A stretch of DNA of 64,000 nucleotides from an uncultured Clostridium sp. Its GTDB lineage: Bacteria; Bacillota; Clostridia; Clostridiales; Clostridiaceae. The stretch is from the NCBI RefSeq assembly GCF_947072515.1, contig NZ_CAMTIG010000007.1, forward strand, positions 106-64,105, given 5' to 3'. Shown piece after piece: positions 32,157-41,681 of the stretch; within the stretch, counting starts at the first letter, position 1, and each line of letters opens with the position of its first letter. Under the pieces are notes generated by a model. The model was given only the letters and a program-made list of their open reading frames with translations, did not search any database and was not told the DNA's origin. The position numbers and the translations under genes are program-made.

Positions 32157-32321
32157 AAATTATATTCTAAATTAACTTTTCCTTCCATTTTTTTTTACAT
32201 AATACCCTATTTAATTTCACTTTCTTTAATTTAGAACTTTTGTTATATATTTTTTTGAAATTTTCTTCCTAAATAATCAATTCTCAATAAAAATAAAAAG
32301 AACTGCTTAAAAACAGTTCTT

Positions 32322-33815
32322 TCACTCATTTTTCATATCCTCCTCTATAGATATGTGTATTTCATTTTGCTTTAATTTATTTTTGTTAATTTTCAAATTA
32401 ATATTTAATAAATCTTCTCCTCTTTCTTCCTCTATAAATCTTGGTCTATCATATATAAAGTTTTTATCTAAATAAATATTCTCCATTTCCTTCATTTTTT
32501 CATCTATAGCTATCCCATACCATGGTACTGTTGCATATTGATGCCATATATGAGGTGTATTATTTATATATCTCATTTTATATGCTGTATTTTGTTCATA
32601 TTTAGGATTATGAATATAATTATTTGAAATAAACTCTGCAGCTCCATCAATAGCCTTAGAAATATTTGTCCAACCATTATTGTACGCATATGCCACAGCT
32701 GTTATTAATTCTCTATCTGGAAATGCTTTAGAATTCTCATAAGCACCTATCTCATATAAATTATAAACAGTTATAGGTTTATTTAATGAAATCATTTTAT
32801 ATCCGATTAATTCCCCTTTTTTATTTTTTATTTCTTCATTCAAATCTGCTATTTCTCTTACTTCCAATCCTTTAGCTAAAGTCTTTTTCCCATATGCTGT
32901 CTCATAAATAGATAAAGCGGTAAAATATATTGGATCTATTTCTCTATTTTTTGCAGCTACTATTAACGCATTAGCTTGTCCTTTAAGTATTCCTACATTA
33001 TTTTTTTCTAAATATCGTTCCAATGCACTTCTATTAATATTTCTAAATTTATCTATTCTCAAGAACTGTAATATATTTTCTTGATTAGGATTTAAATATT
33101 CTTTAAAATATTCTACGCTATACTTAGGGTTTTTTTCATTTTGAATTTTTGCATACTCATCAAGTGATATACTATAATTTGTATATATTTGATCTTTTTC
33201 TTTATTATCTTCTTTTAGTTTTAGTTTTTTACTATTAAACTTATCTTTCTTCTCAATCTTATTTTCATTTTTCAATATTATTTCCTTAACATAATCTCCA
33301 TGTATAAATCCTAACTTCTCTTTATACCTTACTTTATACCAATTTCCTTTTTTTTCTTCAATATTAAATTCTTCGCCTTCTAACATGTATCCTTTAATTT
33401 CACTATCAACAGATGGAGTTTCTCGTATTCTTAAAGTACTTGCTATATTTATAACTTTTCCTTTTTTTACATCTACATCTACATCTTTATTGTTTATTTT
33501 CACATAATCTCCATGAATATATCCTCGTATATTATTTTCTATTATTTCATACCAATCATCTTTTTTTGATACTATCTCCACTTCTCTACCATTTTCTAGA
33601 TATCCAAGTATCTCGCTATTAATATCAGTATTCCCCCGTATTCTTAGCAGTGTTTTTATATCTATTATAGTTCCCTTTAACCCTTTACTCTCATTATTTG
33701 CTTGTATAATATTTTTTTCTTGTATATCTATTCCATAAGCAATTTTCTCATTTTGTATTCCTAATCCTATTATCGTTGAAGTTGCTATAGCTGCAGTTAT
33801 AACCCTCTTTTTCAT
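32322..33815 (-). CDS. Secreted cell-wall hydrolase: two SH3b repeats plus GH73-like N-acetylglucosaminidase
   Basis: Signal-like N-terminus; two LRIR..P/T...S.I.GY...G...I..K...WY.......G.IHGDYVK repeats; catalytic region SIYETAYG, YNLYEIGA, GW....AI.G.A.FI...Y, QNTAYKMR, HQYAT. Confidence 0.85.
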   Translation of the reverse strand: MKKRVITAAIATSTIIGLGIQNEKIAYGIDIQEKNIIQANNESKGLKGTIIDIKTLLRIRGNTDINSEILGYLENGREVEIVSKKDDWYEIIENNIRGYIHGDYVKINNKDVDVDVKKGKVINIASTLRIRETPSVDSEIKGYMLEGEEFNIEEKKGNWYKVRYKEKLGFIHGDYVKEIILKNENKIEKKDKFNSKKLKLKEDNKEKDQIYTNYSISLDEYAKIQNEKNPKYSVEYFKEYLNPNQENILQFLRIDKFRNINRSALERYLEKNNVGILKGQANALIVAAKNREIDPIYFTALSIYETAYGKKTLAKGLEVREIADLNEEIKNKKGELIGYKMISLNKPITVYNLYEIGAYENSKAFPDRELITAVAYAYNNGWTNISKAIDGAAEFISNNYIHNPKYEQNTAYKMRYINNTPHIWHQYATVPWYGIAIDEKMKEMENIYLDKNFIYDRPRFIEEERGEDLLNINLKINKNKLKQNEIHISIEEDMKNE

Positions 33816-33951
33816 AACCTACTCCTTCTAACACTCTTTCTTTTATTTTACCATATTTTTACATATTATACTATTTAATAATTATGCTTATCTAACTAAA
33901 TACTTTTATGCTATAATATAATTCTTCTATTCATTTAGGAAAGGATTTTAT

Positions 33952-34650
33952 ATGAGAATAAACAAACTTTTTAGTAATTATGGAATATGTTCTAGAAAAG
34001 AAACTAATAGACTTATACAGGAAAATAGAGTTTTAATAAATGGTATACCTGCCTTCGAAGGTCAATGGGTTGAAGAATCTGATATAATTTTATTTGATGG
34101 TACTAGAATCGTACCTAAGCCTAAAATCTATCTAGCATTCAATAAACCACGTGGAATACTTTGTAGTTCTAATTCAAACTTAGAATCAAATATTATTTCC
34201 TTTTTAAACTATCCACATTATATTTTTCCAATCGGAAGGCTCGATAAAGACTCTGAAGGTCTACTCCTTCTTACTAATGATGGGGATTTAGCTAATGATT
34301 TAATTGACTCTAATAATTATCATGAAAAAAAATATATTGTTACAGTTCAATCACCCATTACTGAAGAATTTTTAACTTCCATGTCTAATGGTGTTAAAAT
34401 TTTAAATACAATAACTCGTCCATGCATTCTAGAGAAAATTTCAGATTATACTTTTTCCATTATATTAACTCAAGGTTTAAACCGCCAAATTCGTAGAATG
34501 TGCAAAACCTTTGGATATACTGTTATTACCTTACAAAGGATACAAATTTTAAATATCTCATTATCTGGAATTGATTATGGTGAATACCGTGAACTCTCCA
34601 ATTCTGAAATAACTTCTTTAAAAGATATATTAAAAAATGGAAGTGAATAA
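33952..34650 (+). CDS. RsuA/RluF-family rRNA pseudouridine synthase with S4 domain
   Basis: MRINK..S..G.CSR.E...LI, NKPRG, IFPIGRLDKDSEGLLLLTNDG, HEKKY.V, QGLNRQIRRMC, LQRIQI. Confidence 0.92.
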   Translation: MRINKLFSNYGICSRKETNRLIQENRVLINGIPAFEGQWVEESDIILFDGTRIVPKPKIYLAFNKPRGILCSSNSNLESNIISFLNYPHYIFPIGRLDKDSEGLLLLTNDGDLANDLIDSNNYHEKKYIVTVQSPITEEFLTSMSNGVKILNTITRPCILEKISDYTFSIILTQGLNRQIRRMCKTFGYTVITLQRIQILNISLSGIDYGEYRELSNSEITSLKDILKNGSE

Positions 34651-34664
34651 TTCACTTCCATTTT
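34634..34664. terminator. Bidirectional terminator shared by the pseudouridine synthase and ftsZ
   Basis: Perfect 14-bp stem AAAATGGAAGTGAA/TTCACTTCCATTTT whose 3-nt loop is the TAA stop of the + strand gene. Confidence 0.8.
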
Positions 34665-34693
34665 AGCTTTATTTATTATATTAATTTTATTTA

Positions 34694-35839
34694 TTATCTT
34701 TTTGATTTTCTTAAGAAAGTTGGTATAGATAAATCTACATCATTTCCATAAGATTCATCTGAAATACTACTATTTATTGTGTTACTTTCTTCAGCTACAG
34801 CAACTTCTTCTTGAACTGGAGATTCTTTTATTATTGGTTTCTCTATTGGCTTTTTAATCTCCACTTTTGGCTCTACTGTTTCTAATTGCTCTTCAAATCC
34901 TGTTGCAATTACCGTTATTCTTATTTCATCATTTAAGCTTTCATCAATCACAGCTCCAAAAATGATATTTGCATCTTGATCAACCGATTCTCTTATAACA
35001 TCAGCAGCTTCATAAACTTCTAAAGCTCCAAGATCTGCTCCACCAGTAAAGTTTAATATTACTCCACTTGCTCCTTCTATAGAAGTTTCAAGTAATGGAG
35101 AGCCTATAGCTTCTCTTACAGCATCTGATGCTCTATTATCTCCGCTACCATGTCCTACACCCATGTGAGCTAAACCTTTATTTAACATAACTGCTTTTAT
35201 GTCTGCAAAGTCTGCATTAATAACCCCTGTAATTGTAATAAGGTCAGAAATTGCTTGAACCCCTTGTCTTAATACATCATCAGCAAGTTTAAATGAGTCT
35301 AGTAATGTAGTCTTTTTATCTGCCATTAATAATAATCTTTCATTTGGAATTATTACTAGAGTATCAACTTTTTCTTTTAACTTAGCAATCCCCATTTCAG
35401 CATGTCTCATTCTTCTTTTACCTTCAAATGGGAATGGTTTAGTAACTACACCTACAGTAAGTATTTCTAAATTTTTTGCAAGTTCAGCAACTACTGGAGC
35501 TGCCCCAGTTCCAGTTCCGCCACCCATTCCTGCAGTTATAAATACCATATTAGCACCTTTAATAGTTGCTTTTATTTCTTCTATACTTTCCTCAGCAGCT
35601 TTTTGTCCAATTTCTGGATTTGCTCCAGCTCCAAGCCCCTTAGTAAGTTTATCTCCAATTTGAATTTTTTGGTTTGCGTGTGATAACATTAGTGCTTGCT
35701 TATCTGTATTAATCGCTATAAATTCAACATTTTTAAGACCTTCAACTATCATTCTGTTTACAGCGTTACTACCTCCGCCTCCACATCCAATAACTTTTAT
35801 ATTAGTCAATTCTTGCATATCTACTTCAAAATCTAACAA
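34694..35839 (-). CDS. ftsZ: Cell division protein FtsZ
   Basis: [37 protein letters not shown]-terminal DLSIPTFLR. Confidence 0.99.
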   Translation of the reverse strand: MLDFEVDMQELTNIKVIGCGGGGSNAVNRMIVEGLKNVEFIAINTDKQALMLSHANQKIQIGDKLTKGLGAGANPEIGQKAAEESIEEIKATIKGANMVFITAGMGGGTGTGAAPVVAELAKNLEILTVGVVTKPFPFEGKRRMRHAEMGIAKLKEKVDTLVIIPNERLLLMADKKTTLLDSFKLADDVLRQGVQAISDLITITGVINADFADIKAVMLNKGLAHMGVGHGSGDNRASDAVREAIGSPLLETSIEGASGVILNFTGGADLGALEVYEAADVIRESVDQDANIIFGAVIDESLNDEIRITVIATGFEEQLETVEPKVEIKKPIEKPIIKESPVQEEVAVAEESNTINSSISDESYGNDVDLSIPTFLRKSKR

Positions 35840-35852
35840 AATAATTCCTCCC

Positions 35853-37130
35853 TTAGAACATATCCCCTAGAAAATTTTTAAATTTTCTTATGATACTTTT
35901 ATTTTCACTTTCACGTTTTTGTAAATCTTCTTCTACTTCATTTTTTTTATTATTTTCTTCTGTCTCTTGCAGTTTAAACTCTCTAGTAAAGTTTAAAATT
36001 TCTTCATATATTAATTCTAACTTATCATGCACCTCTTTAACAATAGCTAAAGAAGTAATATTTGAAATATTTTGCATTCCAAAGTCACTTTTTGTTACCA
36101 TCATTATTTTTTTCCCATTAAAGCTTTGATGTACAACCTTATTTATGCCTTCAAAATTAGTTATAGCATCACCACATAAAATTATACTACAAATATCATC
36201 ATAATGACTAGCCTTTTTTAATTCATTTTTTACATAATTAAGAATTTCTTCAATTCTAGCTTCACATACTTTATAAAATAACTCTTTGTCTACTTGTTTT
36301 CCTCTAATTATTACATTTTTGCTTCCCCTATCATTCATAGCGGTCTTATACTTATCACTAAATTCTTTTTTTACATCTTCTGATTCAAATGATGATAGAG
36401 CCAAACATATAGATAAATCACTTGTTATATTCTTTCCTCCAAGTGCTAGACTTTCTAATAATTTCAATTCTTTATTTTTGTAAACTGAAAGCTCTGTAAG
36501 TGAATCTCCAAATTCAATTAATGCAACTTTTTCTTTTAATATCTCTTCATTTAAAAATATTTTTCTTAAAGCTATTTGATTTAATAAAAATCCTTTAATT
36601 TGATATTTAGTTCCTTTGCATAATTTTCTATATGTATCTAAAATTTCACTCTTTACTTGTATGACTGATAAATTCAGTTCTAAAATTACACCTTGTTTAC
36701 CTACTACCGTATTCAAACTATTTTTTCCATCTAATTTATAATAGTCTATAACTATATCTATTATTTCATATCCTTGACTTGCTTCTATTTTTTCTTTTAC
36801 TTCATCTATTATCTTTTTTATATCTTTCGCTTTTATTACTCCATCTACCACCATTTGAGCTGGTACATTATAATGTACTGCATGAGTGCTTGGTAAACCC
36901 ATATAGATTTCATTTATTCTTTTTCCTGTTTGCTCTTCTAATTTACTTAAGGCTTCTTCAAAGTAAATCTTACATTTATCTATATTTACTATATTTCCAC
37001 CTTCTACACCACGTACATTAACACAAGAACTTCCTAGTATTTCAACATCTTTTCCTTTTTCACCAATTCCTATTGATGCTGAAATCTTTTGTGTTCCTAT
37101 ATCTACTGCTGTAATTAAAAATTCTTGCAT
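35853..37130 (-). CDS. ftsA: Cell division protein FtsA (divergent)
   Basis: [37 protein letters not shown]-terminal amphipathic [14 protein letters not shown]; immediately upstream of ftsZ. Confidence 0.88.
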   Translation of the reverse strand: MQEFLITAVDIGTQKISASIGIGEKGKDVEILGSSCVNVRGVEGGNIVNIDKCKIYFEEALSKLEEQTGKRINEIYMGLPSTHAVHYNVPAQMVVDGVIKAKDIKKIIDEVKEKIEASQGYEIIDIVIDYYKLDGKNSLNTVVGKQGVILELNLSVIQVKSEILDTYRKLCKGTKYQIKGFLLNQIALRKIFLNEEILKEKVALIEFGDSLTELSVYKNKELKLLESLALGGKNITSDLSICLALSSFESEDVKKEFSDKYKTAMNDRGSKNVIIRGKQVDKELFYKVCEARIEEILNYVKNELKKASHYDDICSIILCGDAITNFEGINKVVHQSFNGKKIMMVTKSDFGMQNISNITSLAIVKEVHDKLELIYEEILNFTREFKLQETEENNKKNEVEEDLQKRESENKSIIRKFKNFLGDMF

Positions 37131-37165
37131 CTAAAGCCTTCCCTTCTTAATGTTCTTATCTATGT

Positions 37166-37194
37166 ATATTCAACATAATTTAAAAAAATCCTCT
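37166..37194 (-). promoter_or_regulatory. SigH promoter of ftsA-ftsZ
   Basis: AGAGGATTT-11 nt-GTTGAATAT matches RnAGGAwWW-N11/12-RnnGAATww; B. subtilis ftsAZ also has a sigmaH promoter. Confidence 0.8.
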
Positions 37195-37272
37195 TTTTAT
37201 TATACAACCTATTTTATCTTTTATTATAGATAAAATAATTAATTGTTTATTAATTATTTTCCCTGTTTTACT

Positions 37273-38325
37273 TTAATACATCAACAATCTATCAAATATT
37301 TGTTTATCTATTGCATATTCTCTAGCAATATTACATTCAACCTCTTCATTTTTCACTAAAAATGCTAATGCCATATCCATTGTTTTCATTCCTTTTGCAG
37401 CACCGGTTTGAATAGCAGTCTCAATTTGATGAGTTTTTCCTTCTCTAATTTGATTTTGAATAGCTGGTGTTATTGTCATAATTTCTAACGCTGCTTTTCT
37501 TTTTCCATCTATGCTTGGAATTAATTGTTGAGATATTATTCCTTGAAGTACTGCTGCAAGCTGTATTTTTATTTGTTGTTGTTGATGTTCTGGAAATACA
37601 TCTATTATCCTATCTACCGTTTTAGCTGAACCTATTGTGTGTAATGTAGATAATACTAAATGTCCTGTTTCAGCCGCTGTAATTGCTATGCTTATTGTTT
37701 CTAAATCTCTCATTTCTCCAATAAGTATAACATCTGGATCTTCTCGTAATGATGCTTTCAACGCTTCACTATAGCTTATACTATCTCTTCCTATTTCTCT
37801 TTGATTTACTATACATTTCTTATGTGTATGAAGAAATTCTATAGGATCCTCTAGTGTTAAAATATGTTCATTTCTCATTTTATTAATTTCATCAATCATA
37901 GCTGCAAGTGTTGTACTTTTCCCACTTCCTGTAGGGCCTGTAATTAAAACTAATCCTCTTCTTTTTTTGCATAGTTCTTTCAATACATCTGGAAAATTCA
38001 ACATCTCCAATGTAGGTATTTTTGTATTTACTACTCTTAGTGCTAATGCATCAGATCCTCTTTGTTTAAATGCATTTACTCTAAATCTCCCTATATTAGC
38101 AACAGAATATGCTAAATCAATCTCTCCACATCTTTCATATTCCTCAAATTTTTCTTTTATTATTTCCTGTGTAAATTTTTTGACATCCTCTGGTCTTAAA
38201 ATTTCTTCTCCAAATCTTTCTAAATATCCACTTATTCTTATCATAGGCGGAACCCCGACAGTTAAATGTAAATCTGAGCCACCTTTAATTACAGTTTCTG
38301 ATAAAAGTTCATTTAATGAATACAT
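37273..38325 (-). CDS. pilT: Type IV pilus retraction ATPase PilT
   Basis: GSDLHLTVGVPP, RFRVNAF, GPTGSGKSTTLAAMI, EDPIEF, QREIG, LREDPDVILIGEMRD, AAETGHLVLSTLHT. Likely start ATG 38325. Confidence 0.95.
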   Translation of the reverse strand: MYSLNELLSETVIKGGSDLHLTVGVPPMIRISGYLERFGEEILRPEDVKKFTQEIIKEKFEEYERCGEIDLAYSVANIGRFRVNAFKQRGSDALALRVVNTKIPTLEMLNFPDVLKELCKKRRGLVLITGPTGSGKSTTLAAMIDEINKMRNEHILTLEDPIEFLHTHKKCIVNQREIGRDSISYSEALKASLREDPDVILIGEMRDLETISIAITAAETGHLVLSTLHTIGSAKTVDRIIDVFPEHQQQQIKIQLAAVLQGIISQQLIPSIDGKRKAALEIMTITPAIQNQIREGKTHQIETAIQTGAAKGMKTMDMALAFLVKNEEVECNIAREYAIDKQIFDRLLMY

Positions 38326-38582
38326 ATTAGTTCTCCTCACATATCTATTTTATGTAAGCATTTATTTTTTACTCTCTTACATAAGATATATTATGAAATA
38401 TATCTTATATAGTTTCAAATCTTATGATAAAACTATATAAATTCTTTTTTATTATAACATATTCCCAATTATTTATGAAATATAACATTTTTTTGAAATT
38501 TTCTTGATATAAAGAGCCCTATATATAATATAGAACTCTCTATTTATAAAGAATACTTCCTCTATAACTTATAATATTAAAA

Positions 38583-39284
38583 TTAAATATCCTTTGTGTA
38601 TAAAACTTTATTCAATTTTTTCAATGCTTTTTTTTCTATTCTCGATACATATGATCTTGAAATATTTAAAAGACTTGCTATTTCTCTTTGTGTTTTACAT
38701 TTTCCGTCTCTAAGACCGTATCTCATGATAATTATATCCCTCTCCCTTTTTGTTAAAGAATCCTCCATTTTTCTATATAAAGCTCTAATTTCTAAATTAC
38801 TTTCTACTTTTTCTAAAACTGAATCCTTCTCGCTACTTAAAACATCTATTAAGCAAATCTCATTTCCTTCTTTATCAACTCCTATAGGGTCCTGAAGAAA
38901 AACCTCTCCTTTCTGCTTTTTATTATTTCTAAATAACATTAATATTTCATTTTCTATGCATCTTGATGCGTATGTTGCAAGCCTAGTTCCTTTATCAACA
39001 TCAAAAGAATCTATTGCTTTAATTAATCCTACTGTACCAATAGATATAAGTTCATCTACATCTTTATTTGGAAAAGAATATTTTTTTACTATATGTGCTA
39101 CTAGTCTTAAATTTTTTTCTATTAAAATACTTTTTGCTTTTTTATCTCCTGCCTTTAGCATTCTCAAATATTTTTCTTCGTCTTTCTCATTTAATGGCGT
39201 TGGAAAAGTATTATTATTTGATATATATCCTGTAAGAAAAAAAGTACTACATAGTAAATCAACAAAATTTGATACTACAAACAT
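38583..39284 (-). CDS. sigK: Pro-sigmaK (uninterrupted, no skin element)
   Basis: [57 protein letters not shown]; ATG 39284 with AGGAGG RBS. Confidence 0.96.
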   Translation of the reverse strand: MFVVSNFVDLLCSTFFLTGYISNNNTFPTPLNEKDEEKYLRMLKAGDKKAKSILIEKNLRLVAHIVKKYSFPNKDVDELISIGTVGLIKAIDSFDVDKGTRLATYASRCIENEILMLFRNNKKQKGEVFLQDPIGVDKEGNEICLIDVLSSEKDSVLEKVESNLEIRALYRKMEDSLTKRERDIIIMRYGLRDGKCKTQREIASLLNISRSYVSRIEKKALKKLNKVLYTKDI

Positions 39285-39402
39285 TTTGTGCCTCCTAACA
39301 ATGCTCACTATTATTTTATGTCGTACTTCCTTTAAACTTTCTATTATATAACTATAAAAGCCATATTTTTAATAAAAACATGGCTTTTAATTAACAGTAT
39401 TT

Positions 39403-40995
39403 TTAATTAGAAACTTCACCTATTAATCCTTTTACTACATCTCCGAATATAGGTGCTGCAATAGTTCCTCCACTTATTTTATTTTTCCCATCTTCTTCTA
39501 CATCAGGAACTAATATACTCATAGTATAGTCTACTCCATCTATATTGAATCCTCCAACTATCCAGCAATGAGTATTTTCTAAAAACGTTCCCGAACCTGT
39601 TTTCCCATAAATATCCTTTCCTTCTACTGCTGCTTTTTTTCCTGTTCCATATAGAACCACATCTTTCATTCCATCTTTAACCATTCCACTAGTCAAGCTA
39701 CTAAAAATTATTGATCCTTTTTCTTTAAATTCTTTTACCTTATTTTCATCTGAATCTAAAATTCCTTCAATAATATTAGGTTTTATATACACCCCATTAT
39801 TTAGAAATGTATTTATTGCACCAACCATTTGTATAGGTGTAGATGTCATACTTTGACCAATGGCTATATTATCAACTCCAGCATCTTCTTTTCTATATCC
39901 ACCTTTTGCTTCTGTTTTATTTTCACTCTCTATTCCTAATATACGCTCATACATCCCTAATTCTTTTGCATATTTTAATAATTTTTCCATTCCTAGTTGT
40001 TCGCCTATATCTGCGAAAACATCATTACACGATTCATTCAATGCAGTTCTAACTGAAATTTTACCATGATTAATGCCTTTACATTTTTGTGTTCTGCATT
40101 TATAAGTTGTATCTGGAGTTATAATTCCCTCCTCTAATGCAGCTGCATATGTTATAAGTTTAAAGACTGAACCTGGCTCAAATCCAATACCTTCCATACC
40201 TAAATTTATATTTGGCGAACTATCATCCTTTTGAGTAATTGTTCTTATTTTCCCTGTTTTGCTTTCCATAATAAGAACCCCTATATTATTAAATTCTTCA
40301 TATTTTTTATCTAATATAGTACTTTTAACTTTATTTTGCATTTCCTTATCTATTGTTAATTGTATATTTTTATTTTCTTCAACATTAACTAAGCTATTTG
40401 AAGAATATACAGTATTTTCATCTCTATAAAAATTTACTTTAGGTAATTTATTATTTTCGATTTCTTTTTTTAATAAGTAATCGAAAGAATTTTCTTTAGC
40501 CTCAATTTTATCTAAATTAGAAAACATGCCATCAATTGACCATGCTTCCTTATTATCTTTTCTATCATAAATATAAGTATATACACCTTTTACATTTTTT
40601 ATATTATTTACTTTATCAAAGGTTTCTCTAGAGACATTATAATAATTTTTCCCATAAGGTACTTTCATTATTTGGTCAAAACTAAAGTCACTTACTTCTT
40701 CCTTCATAATAAAATTAAAAGCTAATAGTCCCTGAAGTGCTTCACCATAATTATTTAATTTGAAAGGCTTTGAATCTATCACTACAACATAATCTTTATT
40801 ATAATTATTTAAATCTTTTAAATTTTTATCAAATAGCATATAATTCATATCACTAATTATTTCTGTTTGATGATTTGTATAATTTGCTGTTACTTTCTCA
40901 CTTGGTCTTATTTGTAGAAAATATAATCTTATAACCAGCACAAAAAATACAAATACAAATATTATTCTTAATCCCTTAGCTCTTTTTTTTATCAA
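39403..40995 (-). CDS. Class B penicillin-binding transpeptidase (PbpI/YrrR-like by position)
   Basis: N-terminal TM with RL..LQI; intact SxxK (GSVFK), SxN (SCN) and KTG motifs; TTG start at 40995 after AAGGAGGTG. Confidence 0.88.
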   Translation of the reverse strand: MIKKRAKGLRIIFVFVFFVLVIRLYFLQIRPSEKVTANYTNHQTEIISDMNYMLFDKNLKDLNNYNKDYVVVIDSKPFKLNNYGEALQGLLAFNFIMKEEVSDFSFDQIMKVPYGKNYYNVSRETFDKVNNIKNVKGVYTYIYDRKDNKEAWSIDGMFSNLDKIEAKENSFDYLLKKEIENNKLPKVNFYRDENTVYSSNSLVNVEENKNIQLTIDKEMQNKVKSTILDKKYEEFNNIGVLIMESKTGKIRTITQKDDSSPNINLGMEGIGFEPGSVFKLITYAAALEEGIITPDTTYKCRTQKCKGINHGKISVRTALNESCNDVFADIGEQLGMEKLLKYAKELGMYERILGIESENKTEAKGGYRKEDAGVDNIAIGQSMTSTPIQMVGAINTFLNNGVYIKPNIIEGILDSDENKVKEFKEKGSIIFSSLTSGMVKDGMKDVVLYGTGKKAAVEGKDIYGKTGSGTFLENTHCWIVGGFNIDGVDYTMSILVPDVEEDGKNKISGGTIAAPIFGDVVKGLIGEVSN

Positions 40996-40997
40996 AA

Positions 40998-41042
40998 AAA
41001 ACACCTCCTTCTTGGTAATTATAACCAAGAAGAAAGTGTTTT
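40998..41042 (-). terminator. udk terminator overlapping the RBS of the downstream PBP gene
   Basis: 19-bp stem AAAACACTTTCTTCTTGGT / ACCAAGAAGGAGGTGTTTT (two G-U pairs), loop TATAATT, U run continuing into the TTG start. Confidence 0.85.
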
Positions 41043-41048
41043 ATTCTT

Positions 41049-41669
41049 TTATCTATTTAAAGTATCTTTAACTTTTGAAACCAATATATCTATAGCAACT
41101 TTATTGTGTCCCCCTTCTGGAACAATAATATCTGCATATCTTTTTGTTGGTTCAGTAAATTGCATGTGCATTGGTCTAACAACTTCTAAATATTGTTCTA
41201 CCACTGAATCAACAGTTCTACCTCTTTCATTAATATCTCTTATTAATCTTCTTAAAATTCTTATATCAGCATCTGTATCAACATAAACTTTTATATCTAA
41301 AAGATCTCTTATTCTTTCATCTTCTAATATAAGTATTCCTTCGACTATAATAATTTCTTTAGGATTAACTAAAACTGTTTCCTCAACTCTATTATGAATT
41401 GTAAAATCATAAATTGGCTTTTTTATTCCTTCTCCATCAATTAATGATTTTAAATGAGATATTAAAAGTTCATTATCAAATGCTCTTGGATGATCATAAT
41501 TTGTTTTTGTTCTCTCCTCCATAGTTAAATGATTTTGACTTTTATAATATGCATCTTGTTGAATCATAGCTATACATTCTTCATCAAAACTATTGAAGAT
41601 AGCATCTGCTATTGTGCTCTTTCCTGATCCTGTTCCCCCAGTAATCCCTATTAATATTGGTCTGTTCAT
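41049..41669 (-). CDS. udk: Uridine kinase
   Basis: [57 protein letters not shown]. Confidence 0.97.
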   Translation of the reverse strand: MNRPILIGITGGTGSGKSTIADAIFNSFDEECIAMIQQDAYYKSQNHLTMEERTKTNYDHPRAFDNELLISHLKSLIDGEGIKKPIYDFTIHNRVEETVLVNPKEIIIVEGILILEDERIRDLLDIKVYVDTDADIRILRRLIRDINERGRTVDSVVEQYLEVVRPMHMQFTEPTKRYADIIVPEGGHNKVAIDILVSKVKDTLNR

Positions 41670-41681
41670 TAGTTATCCTCC

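Noticed and set aside
38583-39284. Possible skin-type interruption of sigK
   Set aside because: The reading frame is continuous and full length, with no recombinase or att-like sequence nearby.
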